A stretch of 64,000 nucleotides of DNA from a virus: the IMG/VR virus record IMGVR_UViG_3300042305_001483; one strand, given 5' to 3'. Both the position numbers and the translations under genes were made by a program. The notes below the pieces were generated by a model. The model worked only from the letters and a program-made list of their open reading frames with translations. It was not told the DNA's origin and ran no database searches. Shown here piece after piece: positions 1 through 9,498 of this stretch (within the stretch, counting starts at the first letter, position 1; every line of letters starts with the position of its first letter).

Positions 1-15
1 AATAAGGAAACTAAC

Positions 16-303
16 ATGCCAGGACATATCGCAAAACTAACTAAAACAGATCCGTCAACTGAATTTTATGAAGATGATCAGTTCAAGCAATATTTAATTG
101 AAAATTATATCTTAGATGGGAAACTTATCGTAAACGTTGATATTTCTCCAGATGGATTAGAAAAAACCATTTATATGGAATTTTTAGATGCGGATGCATT
201 TCGACTTTGGGCCAATGATCTTGTAGTTACAGAAAACAAAATTAAACAGGGAAATTGGAATCTTGAACACGGAATTAAAGTAGAAGTTACTCCAGTAAAA
301 TAA
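16..303 (+). CDS. hypothetical protein (95 aa)
   Basis: ORF with AAGGA SD; stop overlaps next start (TAATG). Confidence 0.7.
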   Translation: MPGHIAKLTKTDPSTEFYEDDQFKQYLIENYILDGKLIVNVDISPDGLEKTIYMEFLDADAFRLWANDLVVTENKIKQGNWNLEHGIKVEVTPVK

Positions 304-1055
304 TGTTTTCAGCAGATGCCAACACTATATTTAAAATACAAATTTTAACTGCAATTTTAGCAGTTGTTGGCTCTTTTTTTGTTGAATTCAATGTTTTAAA
401 TTTATTAATTGCTGTAATTTCATTTTACATATATAGTATTATTGGAATAAGTTTAACATTACATAGATACTATTCACATAAAAGTTTTAATTTCAGAAGT
501 AATATCCTTAAATGGATTTGTACTTTTATTTCATTATTGTCTGGTAGAGGAAGTCCGTTAGGTTGGGTTTATGTGCATAGGTTGCACCACGCATATTCAG
601 ACACTGATAAAGATCCGCACCCCCCACATTTGCTGGGATTCAAATTATTTGGATTCAAACATATTGACAATCATAGTAAAAAAATAAATTTATTTTTGAT
701 TAAAGATTTAATGACCAAAGAACAAATTTTTATTAATAAGTGGTATTTTGCAATAATATTTTTATGGTTACTATTCTTATCATTTTTTAGTTTTGAATTG
801 GTATTTTTTTCTTGGATCATTCCTGTTATGCTAATCCAATTAAGCCAAAATAGTTTTAATTATTTTTGTCATTTAAAAGGATACAAAAATTTTGATAATA
901 AAGATAAAAGTACTAATAATATTTTTATGTGGCCTTTTATTTTAGGTGATGCATGGCACAACAATCATCACCACAATCCAAAATTGTATTCTACAAAATA
1001 CAAAAAATGGGAAGTTGATCCAGTAGCAAAATTAATAAACATAATAAAATCATGA
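303..1055 (+). CDS. membrane fatty-acid desaturase (delta-9/DesC-like)
   Basis: His boxes HRYYSH, HRLHH, HNNHH; hydrophobic TM segments; DPH motif. Confidence 0.9.
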   Translation: MFSADANTIFKIQILTAILAVVGSFFVEFNVLNLLIAVISFYIYSIIGISLTLHRYYSHKSFNFRSNILKWICTFISLLSGRGSPLGWVYVHRLHHAYSDTDKDPHPPHLLGFKLFGFKHIDNHSKKINLFLIKDLMTKEQIFINKWYFAIIFLWLLFLSFFSFELVFFSWIIPVMLIQLSQNSFNYFCHLKGYKNFDNKDKSTNNIFMWPFILGDAWHNNHHHNPKLYSTKYKKWEVDPVAKLINIIKS

Positions 1056-1825
1056 AGAACATTTTTGTTTCTAGCACTGTAGGAGTTCAATTATTTCTAA
1101 TAGTATCCTTAATTGGATCAGTTATAGGTTTTATAAATTACGGTTTCAATTGGCCGATAGTTGGAATGATATTATTGGGATACTTTTTATATGGATGTCT
1201 AGGCATTGTAGTTACATTTCACAGACAGTTAACACATAGAAGTTATAATACATTTCCATTTTTAACAAAACTTTTTTCAATACTAGGATGTTTCGGCGGA
1301 ACAGGAAGTCCGTTGGCCTGGACAGCCATTCACATTAACCATCACCTTAAAAGTGATAAATTGGAAGATCCACATAGTCCAACTCACAAGGGCCTTAGAA
1401 TCTTTTTACTAAATTACGAACAAGAAATTGACAAAACTACGAAATGGAAAATTCGAAGAATAATAACTGACAAATTTCAGCAGACACTACATCGTTATTA
1501 TTTTTTATTCATTATAGGTTGGAGTAGTTTTTTGTTTTTAATAGGTGGATTTTATTTAATGGTTTTTTTACATTGGGCGCCGGCGGCAATAACTGCAATA
1601 ATGAGTAATGTTGTTAACTATATTGGTCATAAACCAAATTATTATGGTGGCTCTAGAAAATATAATTTATCCGATAACAGCACTAATAACTGGTTATGGG
1701 CCATTCCAACCTGGGGAGAATCTTGGCATAATAATCATCATAGGCATCCAAAGAGATATCATTGCGGTGAAAATTGGAAACAAATAGATATTTCAGCCTA
1801 TGTTATTCGATTAATAAAAATTTAA
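1052..1825 (+). CDS. membrane fatty-acid desaturase (second paralog)
   Basis: His boxes HRQLTH, HINHH, HNNHH; GESWHNNHH motif; TM segments. Confidence 0.9.
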   Translation: MKNIFVSSTVGVQLFLIVSLIGSVIGFINYGFNWPIVGMILLGYFLYGCLGIVVTFHRQLTHRSYNTFPFLTKLFSILGCFGGTGSPLAWTAIHINHHLKSDKLEDPHSPTHKGLRIFLLNYEQEIDKTTKWKIRRIITDKFQQTLHRYYFLFIIGWSSFLFLIGGFYLMVFLHWAPAAITAIMSNVVNYIGHKPNYYGGSRKYNLSDNSTNNWLWAIPTWGESWHNNHHRHPKRYHCGENWKQIDISAYVIRLIKI

Positions 1826-1827
1826 TT

Positions 1828-3357
1828 ATGGTAAATTGTATTATATTTTACGGAAACAGCGATATTACTGTAGGTCCTAAAACAGCAGGTCCGTTTCGAA
1901 TTGCAACAGAATTAAGAAAGCATGGGTTTTCTGTAATATGTATTGATATAACCGCGTTTGATGGGATGGATGATAATTTTAAAGAAATATATTCTTCCTT
2001 AGTATCCTCTGAAACTTTATGGACAGGATTCAGCGGAACATTTATGCGAGACATTTTTGGTAAGCCTTCTTTATTACCATTGGGCTCTAAAAGATTTTTA
2101 GATAAAGATCCAAATCATTTTGATAAAGGTGTGCAAGAATTTGTCGATTTTGCAAAAAGATTAAATCCTAAAATGAAATTACTGTTAGGTGGAGCAAGGT
2201 TGCACCGGTTGAGTTCTTTGGGATTTATAACTTTTGAAAAATATGTTGATAAAGAAATTGTAGATTATACAAAATGGCTAGCAAAACAATCAACAAAAAT
2301 AAATCTCCAATTTTACACCGATACTATTGTTGGAGAAGAATTTAAAGAGTTTTCATCATCGCAGATTTTATATGAAGAAAACGATATTATATTCAAAACC
2401 GACACACTTCCTTTAGAAGTATCTAGAGGATGCATTTTTAAATGTAAATTTTGTTCATACCCATTGAATGGAAAAAAGAAAGGTGACTGGATTAAACAGG
2501 CAAAGTTGTTAAGAGAAGAACTAATTTTAAACTATGAAAAATTTGGAGTTACAAATTATGCTTTGACCGACGATACGTATAACGATTCAGTTGATAAATT
2601 ACTGTTACTTTATGATGAAGTTTGGTCAAAAGTTCCTTTTAAAATTAAATTTTCAACTTACACTAGGTTAGATCTTATTGTAAGATTTCCAGAGATGGTA
2701 GATATTTTAAAAGAATCTGGATTAAAAAGCGCGGTATGTGGTCTAGAAAGCATTAATCCAAAATCTGCAAAATCAATTGGTAAAGGCCTTGATCCTCAAA
2801 TTCAAATTGAATTTGCAAGAGAATTAAAAAAAGATAAATGGAAAGATATTTTAATTTCTTCAAATTTTATTTTAGGATTGCCTCATGATACAAGAGAAAC
2901 AATTGATGAATTTGAAGAATGGGTTTTAGGAGATAAAAATCCATTTGATTACTGGTACATATTTCCTTTAGGTATTTTTCCTCCAGGATCTAATAAATCA
3001 TATACTCAATCAGAATTTGATTTAAATTATAAAGATTATGGTTACGAATTAATTCGAGGTCCTGATGATCCAGATTATCTTTACATAGGCTGGAAAAACG
3101 ATAGAACAAAACTCAATGCGCCATATTGTAATTCTAAATCTAAATTAATATTAGACAGATCTAGAAAGACTAACTGGAAATTTGGCGGATGGTTATGGAG
3201 TATAATGCAAGAATTTATACCAGATGAAGATATTACTCGTCTTTCGAGAAATGAATGTTATAAAAAATACAACCTTGATAAACTGAGAGAAGAAAAGAAA
3301 AAGTTGTATATAAAACGATTATACAAAGTTGTAGAGAACATAAAAAATTCTAAATAA
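1828..3357 (+). CDS. B12-binding-type (class B-like) radical SAM enzyme
   Basis: EVSRGCIFKCKFC, DDTYN, GLES, FILGLPHDT motifs; N-terminal Rossmann-like domain with LLGG; likely start ATG 1828 (track starts at TTG 1774). Confidence 0.8.
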   Translation: MVNCIIFYGNSDITVGPKTAGPFRIATELRKHGFSVICIDITAFDGMDDNFKEIYSSLVSSETLWTGFSGTFMRDIFGKPSLLPLGSKRFLDKDPNHFDKGVQEFVDFAKRLNPKMKLLLGGARLHRLSSLGFITFEKYVDKEIVDYTKWLAKQSTKINLQFYTDTIVGEEFKEFSSSQILYEENDIIFKTDTLPLEVSRGCIFKCKFCSYPLNGKKKGDWIKQAKLLREELILNYEKFGVTNYALTDDTYNDSVDKLLLLYDEVWSKVPFKIKFSTYTRLDLIVRFPEMVDILKESGLKSAVCGLESINPKSAKSIGKGLDPQIQIEFARELKKDKWKDILISSNFILGLPHDTRETIDEFEEWVLGDKNPFDYWYIFPLGIFPPGSNKSYTQSEFDLNYKDYGYELIRGPDDPDYLYIGWKNDRTKLNAPYCNSKSKLILDRSRKTNWKFGGWLWSIMQEFIPDEDITRLSRNECYKKYNLDKLREEKKKLYIKRLYKVVENIKNSK

Positions 3358-3928
3358 AAATAACATCATTTTCAATTAAGGGATTGAGAAAAGTAACACA
3401 ATCTGGGTTCGTTTCAACTTGCATACTTATTCTCGGAACATTGTTCTTGTTCATTTTTACATCATGAGGGACGCTGCTTCTTATAACCGTAGGTCCATCA
3501 AGTTCAAAAGTAGATCTAGCCTGAATGTCTTTTGATACAAATGGTCGATAACTTTTTATTCCGGATTTAGGATTAGTTGTTTTAACTACTCTACAATTTC
3601 CATAAAAAGTTGTTTTAGATCCTTCGGTGTTAAGCAACGGCATTAATACTTTTGCATAAGGGGGCAGTAAATCAATATGTATTGGTCCATGCGAATCGTC
3701 GTACATAACAAAAATAGAAATAAGATAAGGTTCAAGATCTAACTTATTAAAGGACGGTACCAATAAAGGGCAATAACTAGTAAATTTTTTAAAGTCTACA
3801 ATATAGTAACTAGACAATTTTCTTTGAAAAATTTTATCATCATTTTTGACAAATTCTAAACTTTTACTTCTTATTTCTTGAAAATTTGGTAAATCAATCT
3901 TTTTAAAATAAATGTCATCTTGGTTCAT
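3350..3928 (-). CDS. putative 2OG-Fe(II) oxygenase / cupin-fold protein
   Basis: PIHID ... PHDV ... PRISM pattern (HxD...H...R). Confidence 0.6.
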   Translation of the reverse strand: MNQDDIYFKKIDLPNFQEIRSKSLEFVKNDDKIFQRKLSSYYIVDFKKFTSYCPLLVPSFNKLDLEPYLISIFVMYDDSHGPIHIDLLPPYAKVLMPLLNTEGSKTTFYGNCRVVKTTNPKSGIKSYRPFVSKDIQARSTFELDGPTVIRSSVPHDVKMNKNNVPRISMQVETNPDCVTFLNPLIENDVIFI

Positions 3929-3994
3929 TGTACACCTTTTTTATAATTTATACAAACTTAAAATATTAAATAAAGAAAATGAAAAAGGAAAATT

Positions 3995-4486
3995 ATGCCA
4001 TTATATAAAAAAATTGATACCTTTGATGTCGACGAAATCCTTAAACAATACACTGAATTAGAAAATAATATAGTTTGGAGAGAAAGTAGTAGAGGAAAAC
4101 AGGCTGGTATACAATATAAAGAAGGAGAAAATCCTTGGGAAAGTGCAGTTGGAAAATTTAAAGACAGGACCGAAGAATCGTATTCTCTTTTAAATCCTTT
4201 TTTCAAAGATACTATTTTTGAAGAAATTATCAAAAAACATAATTTAATTCGAACAAGATTAATGTGGGTATTCCCAATGTCTTGTTATTCATTTCACAAC
4301 GATGTAGCCCCTAGGATACATTATCCATTAATAACAGATAATGAATGTTATTTCCTTTTTAAAAAAGGAGAACTAATACATTTTCCTGCTGGAGAAGTTT
4401 GGTGGGTTGATACTAGGTTTAAACATACATTTTTAAATGCATCTAACGTAAATCGATTACACATTGTAGGTGTAGTGAAACGTTAA
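3995..4486 (+). CDS. aspartyl/asparaginyl beta-hydroxylase-like 2OG-Fe(II) oxygenase
   Basis: HND...RIHYPL...GEVWWVDT..HTFLN....RLHIV, typical of the AspH-like domain. Confidence 0.75.
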   Translation: MPLYKKIDTFDVDEILKQYTELENNIVWRESSRGKQAGIQYKEGENPWESAVGKFKDRTEESYSLLNPFFKDTIFEEIIKKHNLIRTRLMWVFPMSCYSFHNDVAPRIHYPLITDNECYFLFKKGELIHFPAGEVWWVDTRFKHTFLNASNVNRLHIVGVVKR

Positions 4487-5202
4487 ATTTGTCCTAAGAC
4501 AAATTCTGATACTAACTGATGAGTTTTAATTCCAGGATGTATTAAATCTCTCGCAAAGTCATTTGTCACTTTAAAATCGATTAAAAATAATTTTGGAGCA
4601 TCAAAGCATAAAAACTTTATATTATTTGTTATACAAATATTTTCTATGGCTAAAATATTTTTTTGTTGATTTAAAAAAGAGTTTGTATCGTCTAAAAGCC
4701 ACTTTTTATAAAAAGAATCCATTTGATAAAATTTCATTTGCGATCTATAATAGAATATTTTTTGATTCTCGCATAGTTCTATTCTTGAATTTTCCGGACT
4801 AAACATTATTACAATTTTTGGTTTTAAAGTTGAAATATAATGGTACCCAAATCTAAATGCAGTATCATTCGATGTTCCACCTAGACCTAAATTAAAAAAC
4901 CTAAGTTTTAACTTTTGAGATATTAAATATCCGGCAGTTTCTTCTAACGGTAATCCAGTACCAAAGGTTAAACTACATCCCAAAAAAAGTATTGAATCAG
5001 TATCTGCATCAAATTCAAAAGACCTAAATCCATCACCGTTGAATTTGTAAGTTATTTTTTTATCTATCCAATTATTACTTTTTAATAAATTGAAATTTTT
5101 ATTAAGATTTTCTTCATATCTTTCTTTTGAATCAAAGAGATCCCATTCTTGAATAGTATTAGAAAAAATTTTATATGAATGAAAGCCGAGATCTGTATTC
5201 AT
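4483..5202 (-). CDS. SGNH/GDSL-like hydrolase or acyltransferase
   Basis: FLGCSLTFG block I, NLGLGG block II, DLIHPG block V. Confidence 0.7.
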   Translation of the reverse strand: MNTDLGFHSYKIFSNTIQEWDLFDSKERYEENLNKNFNLLKSNNWIDKKITYKFNGDGFRSFEFDADTDSILFLGCSLTFGTGLPLEETAGYLISQKLKLRFFNLGLGGTSNDTAFRFGYHYISTLKPKIVIMFSPENSRIELCENQKIFYYRSQMKFYQMDSFYKKWLLDDTNSFLNQQKNILAIENICITNNIKFLCFDAPKLFLIDFKVTNDFARDLIHPGIKTHQLVSEFVLGQI

Positions 5203-5240
5203 AAATTTTTAACCTCTAATCTATTTAATTAAATATTGTT

Positions 5241-5864
5241 ATGCAAGATTTATTATTTGGTAAAGTAAATTTTCCTCCTTTAGACAAACAGTTATTAACA
5301 TCTCAAATAATGAGTGTTGATAAAAAATATTGGTTTCGAGACGATTATAGAGCGACTAACATGTTATCTCTGATGACTAAAAATCCTATTCCAGGACCGG
5401 AAGGAACTAAAAATAGTGTTAAAGGTGAGTTTCAGTGGTTACCATATACTCCGACTGCATTAAAAGACTGGTTTGAAAAAGAGATTTTTCCGTGGATGGG
5501 AACAAAAACTCGAATCATGGCTTTATTAACACATGCAAATGATAAAAACAACGAGCATATAGATTGTGATGAAAAAGATATTGGAACATTACAGCACAAA
5601 TTCAGATATGTGATTAAAGGCAAAACCAGTACTCTTTATTTTAAAAACGAAAACAAAGATGTTTTTGTTCCAGAAATTGATGGTCCATTTATAATGGACG
5701 GTAGTTGGCCACATGGTATGTATAATTTCGACAATGATTATAAACTTACTATAGCCGCAGGTTCACCATGGAATGGCAATGTTCAATATTCAAATTTAGC
5801 AGTTCTTATGAAGAAAAGTGAATTGGTATTTCCAAAAGATTATAAAAAATATTTAAAAAAATAA
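5241..5864 (+). CDS. putative 2OG-Fe(II) oxygenase
   Basis: EHID ... DGSWPHGM ... KLTI. Confidence 0.55.
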   Translation: MQDLLFGKVNFPPLDKQLLTSQIMSVDKKYWFRDDYRATNMLSLMTKNPIPGPEGTKNSVKGEFQWLPYTPTALKDWFEKEIFPWMGTKTRIMALLTHANDKNNEHIDCDEKDIGTLQHKFRYVIKGKTSTLYFKNENKDVFVPEIDGPFIMDGSWPHGMYNFDNDYKLTIAAGSPWNGNVQYSNLAVLMKKSELVFPKDYKKYLKK

Positions 5865-5865
5865 T

Positions 5866-6480
5866 ATGTCTTATCGCGTTAAGTCTTACAAAGATCTCAG
5901 TGTTATAGAAACACAACAATTCATTGAGTTTTGCAAATTAGCATCGACAGAAAAAAAAGACCCAGCAAGTGTTAACATGTGGGATGAAAATGAAAATTCT
6001 AAGCACACCATTTTATATAAACTAGATAAAACACCAACGTTTACTGAACCAAACGGAATATTTTTTATACTATTTTATAATGATCAAATAGTAGGATGTA
6101 GCGGCGTTTATAAAAGTTCTTTTTCTAATGAAATTTATATTGCAGGTGCTAGGACTTGGATTGACAAAAGATTTCGAAATCAATCTGTAATTAAAGAATA
6201 CTTTTTTCCTATGCAAAAAAAATGGGTAATAGATAAAGCAGGAAAAATAATTGCGTTAACATTTAACGAATACAACAAAAACATTATAGAAATTTTCAAA
6301 AGAAATAGGTTGGGAGAAAAGAATAATAGGATTAACAAACGATCTGAAGGCGATTTATTCTTTAACGGAATAAACGTTTTAGATTTTCCAGTTAATATAA
6401 ATTATACAAAACAATGGATATGCTATGAACAGTTAGAATCAAATTTTGTTTTTGATTGGGAAAAAATAAAATTTATATAG
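5866..6480 (+). CDS. GNAT-fold acetyltransferase-like protein
   Basis: FFILFYNDQIVGCSG and RTWIDKRFRNQ (acetyl-CoA loop-like). Confidence 0.6.
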   Translation: MSYRVKSYKDLSVIETQQFIEFCKLASTEKKDPASVNMWDENENSKHTILYKLDKTPTFTEPNGIFFILFYNDQIVGCSGVYKSSFSNEIYIAGARTWIDKRFRNQSVIKEYFFPMQKKWVIDKAGKIIALTFNEYNKNIIEIFKRNRLGEKNNRINKRSEGDLFFNGINVLDFPVNINYTKQWICYEQLESNFVFDWEKIKFI

Positions 6481-7930
6481 ACATTAACTTTTCGTAATAC
6501 AAATTTCTAAACGCAGTATTTCTTCTTTTGATCTCTTCCCAATTTAGTTCACTACGTCTTGCTCTTAACATAGTGTTCTTATCGTAACCTAAACTAGTCA
6601 AATGCATGTATGTCCACGGATGCAGTCTAGCAAGTGGTTTTAATTCTAAATCAATTTGTTTCGAACAATCTTCTGCTTCTTGTTGCGTCCAATCATTATT
6701 AAACCATTTTCCGTTACTGTCAACTTTAAATCCATACTTACTAGAATTTTTATCAAATTCACTAGTAACTGTCCATGCTAATGCACTTGAGAAAAATCCA
6801 AGTGCAGTAAATTTAATACTGTGTAGATCATTTTCTTTATACCATTTAATTGTTTCTAATAAATTTTCTTTTGTGTCGTAAGGTAGTCCAACAATAAAAT
6901 TTAAATGCTGTGTTACTTCTTTATTCCATAATTCATTATATAGTTTAGGAAGCCAATCTCTGGCATGTTTACTACTCCATCCTTTTCCTACTAACATAGA
7001 TGCTCGAGGATGTAATGTTTCTATTCCGTGCATTGCTCCTACTAATCCAGAATTTTTTAATAAATCAACAGTTTCGGGAAAAGACCATACTAAGTCTGCT
7101 CTAATATATGCAGTATATTGAATCTTAAATGGCAATGTTTGTATCATATCATGCCATGCTTTAACTTTAAAAACTGTATCATTAAACGTGTCACAGACAA
7201 CGTAATAACTAGTTACTCCAAAATTTTCATAATTATGTATTAGTTCTTCTTTAACACACTCCATGGATCTAATATAATCCATTTTTGCCTTTCCTAAAAG
7301 GTCAAACTGACAAAATTTACATTTAAAAATGCATCCTCGAGATACTTCTATAGGAAGTGTTTCATTGGGAAAAATTAAATCTTGATTAGAAAATTTGAAA
7401 TTGTCTCCTTCAATTTTGTATTTTGAATTATTTGGAGCATGATAATTTAACATCATTTTGTCACCAGATGGCAACAATACTCTTCTAGCCTGAGGAGGAG
7501 GGTCTCCATTTTTATAATGATTTAATAATTCTAAAAATGTATCTTCGGCAAATCCTGTAACAACACATTCTACTAAAGGTGATCCTTTAAATCTATTTCC
7601 AATGTGCCCACCTAAAATAATTTTTAATTTAGGATATTTTTCTTTTAGCATTATAAGTACATTCATCAAAGTTTCAGGAACAAAACTTCCGCCGATATGA
7701 TGAGCGTGATAAATGTGAGTCATACCTATACCAAGAACCATAGTTTTTTCAGTAACAAATTTTGTTGTTAATTTCCAAAGTTCTTCCTGCGACCATGCAG
7801 TAACAAAATCTATCACTTGAGCAGTATACCCGTGATTTCTAATATAACCTGCAATCTTATAAACTCCCATTGTTCTGGCAGACAAATTTGTCGGCGGATT
7901 GGGCATATCATTCCAAAAAACTACGTCCAT
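6473..7930 (-). CDS. B12-binding-type radical SAM enzyme (paralog of 1828..3357)
   Basis: EVSRGCIFKCKFC, DTFND, GIET, FIVGLPYDT; N-terminal domain with IILGG. Confidence 0.8.
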   Translation of the reverse strand: MDVVFWNDMPNPPTNLSARTMGVYKIAGYIRNHGYTAQVIDFVTAWSQEELWKLTTKFVTEKTMVLGIGMTHIYHAHHIGGSFVPETLMNVLIMLKEKYPKLKIILGGHIGNRFKGSPLVECVVTGFAEDTFLELLNHYKNGDPPPQARRVLLPSGDKMMLNYHAPNNSKYKIEGDNFKFSNQDLIFPNETLPIEVSRGCIFKCKFCQFDLLGKAKMDYIRSMECVKEELIHNYENFGVTSYYVVCDTFNDTVFKVKAWHDMIQTLPFKIQYTAYIRADLVWSFPETVDLLKNSGLVGAMHGIETLHPRASMLVGKGWSSKHARDWLPKLYNELWNKEVTQHLNFIVGLPYDTKENLLETIKWYKENDLHSIKFTALGFFSSALAWTVTSEFDKNSSKYGFKVDSNGKWFNNDWTQQEAEDCSKQIDLELKPLARLHPWTYMHLTSLGYDKNTMLRARRSELNWEEIKRRNTAFRNLYYEKLMSI

Positions 7931-7937
7931 AATTTTC

Positions 7938-8372
7938 CTAATTTAATTTTGATATTGTTATAGCAATTCGAGGGTGAGAAATATTCATTACAAAATGATA
8001 TACATCAGTTTGAATTCGATGCCATCTTTCTTTTTCAATTAAAAATTTTTGTTTAAATCTTTTTTGATCATCAAAAAAACATGTATATACATTATCTCCA
8101 CCAGGATCAATAATATAGTTGAAGGCTTCTTTCCTAACTAGATCTTTATGGATAGGAAGACCTTTATAAACAATATGTATCTTTGCTGAATAATCGACTG
8201 TAAAATATTGATAAGCAAAATTTTTTATTTTTTCTCCGGCATTAAATGTTTTGTAATACTGATAACTATCATCCGGATATACATTTTTATTGTTGTTAAT
8301 ACACCAATATGCTTCGTCAATAAGTGATTGATCTATTTTTGGAATAGTATCGATATATTCTAAATAATTCAT
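7938..8372 (-). CDS. putative 2OG-Fe(II) oxygenase / cupin
   Basis: PIHKD ... YHFV ... RIAIT. Confidence 0.55.
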   Translation of the reverse strand: MNYLEYIDTIPKIDQSLIDEAYWCINNNKNVYPDDSYQYYKTFNAGEKIKNFAYQYFTVDYSAKIHIVYKGLPIHKDLVRKEAFNYIIDPGGDNVYTCFFDDQKRFKQKFLIEKERWHRIQTDVYHFVMNISHPRIAITISKLN

Positions 8373-8389
8373 AAAAATATTTATTTGGT

Positions 8390-8884
8390 TTATGATTGCA
8401 GAATAATATTTGCAGCCTCTTCTACTGAAATGTAATTCTTTTTATCCATGGTTGGATATTTTTCTAAAATTTTAGATGTTCCTACGTATCCAAATGATAC
8501 ATATTTTACTTTACAAAACCCAATAACTCTATTTGACATTTCTTTTAGCATTACTTTTTCTGCCTGATAATGTAACAAATTAAGTTTATTATTTGGAAGA
8601 TATTTTATATCTGCAATTCTACTTCCTACATTTATTATAGTTTTATTTCTTAAGTTATACCAACTATTCCATAGATCTATAAACATTAAAGTTTGGCCAA
8701 ATTTGTTTTGGGCATTGTTAATAAAAACATCGCAGTCTTGCACTTCTTCAATTATCTTCAACCGAGAAGAATTTTCATTTATATCGTATCCGTTCGATCT
8801 ACTGAATCCCAATATGTTTGGACTTAATCTATTAAAAATTTCTAAACCAATACCATAGGTATGTCCTGTAATTGCATATTTCAT
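8390..8884 (-). CDS. short-chain dehydrogenase/reductase (minimal)
   Basis: ITGHTYGIG, FINNA, INVGS, YQAEK (YxxxK). Confidence 0.8.
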   Translation of the reverse strand: MKYAITGHTYGIGLEIFNRLSPNILGFSRSNGYDINENSSRLKIIEEVQDCDVFINNAQNKFGQTLMFIDLWNSWYNLRNKTIINVGSRIADIKYLPNNKLNLLHYQAEKVMLKEMSNRVIGFCKVKYVSFGYVGTSKILEKYPTMDKKNYISVEEAANIILQS

Positions 8885-9498
8885 TTAAACCTCAACGTTA
8901 ATCCTAATTTTTCCCCGGTCATTTTAGCCGTGCAATGAATTCTTCTCGAGTCAAATATAATAACACTACCCGAACTAAATGGATAAGCATTTCCACTTAG
9001 ACCAAATAAAGTTTGAAAAGGATACTGCGATAAAAAATTTTTATGTAATTCTTTGTCTATTGGTTCCCCAGTTAAGCCAGTAACAGGATATTCGTATGGA
9101 GAACCTTTAACTCCAATGTTTACTTTAAAATTTTTTACTGGATGATGCATACACCAAGTAACACTATCTAGTTCCCAAATTTGATCAAATATAATTAGAT
9201 GGGGTAACTCACTAGAAAATGATAATGGTATTACTACATTTATTTTTCCATTCTGATAGGTTTTATAATCTGTGTGTGGAAAGTAGGGCTGATTGTGTTT
9301 ATAAAAATTTCCCTGCACATAATCTAACTTTTTTCCTATTTGCTCTTCTAATATAGTCCTAACAATATCTAATGCTTTACCCGGAGGCGCCTTATTCATA
9401 GAAACTGTATCATAAGTACCAATTTCGTTATAATAATCAATTAAATTTTGTACAAGGGCCGAATCAATTATTTCAAAAATTTGTTTTGTTTGCATCAT
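8881..9498 (-). CDS. putative 2OG-Fe(II) oxygenase
   Basis: PHTD ... GSVIIFDSRRIHC ... KLGLTL. Confidence 0.6.
   Translation of the reverse strand: MMQTKQIFEIIDSALVQNLIDYYNEIGTYDTVSMNKAPPGKALDIVRTILEEQIGKKLDYVQGNFYKHNQPYFPHTDYKTYQNGKINVVIPLSFSSELPHLIIFDQIWELDSVTWCMHHPVKNFKVNIGVKGSPYEYPVTGLTGEPIDKELHKNFLSQYPFQTLFGLSGNAYPFSSGSVIIFDSRRIHCTAKMTGEKLGLTLRFK

Noticed and set aside
16-303. RiPP precursor for the radical SAM/SPASM enzymes
   Set aside because: Looks like a small globular protein with no leader/core pattern; no other convincing precursor was seen
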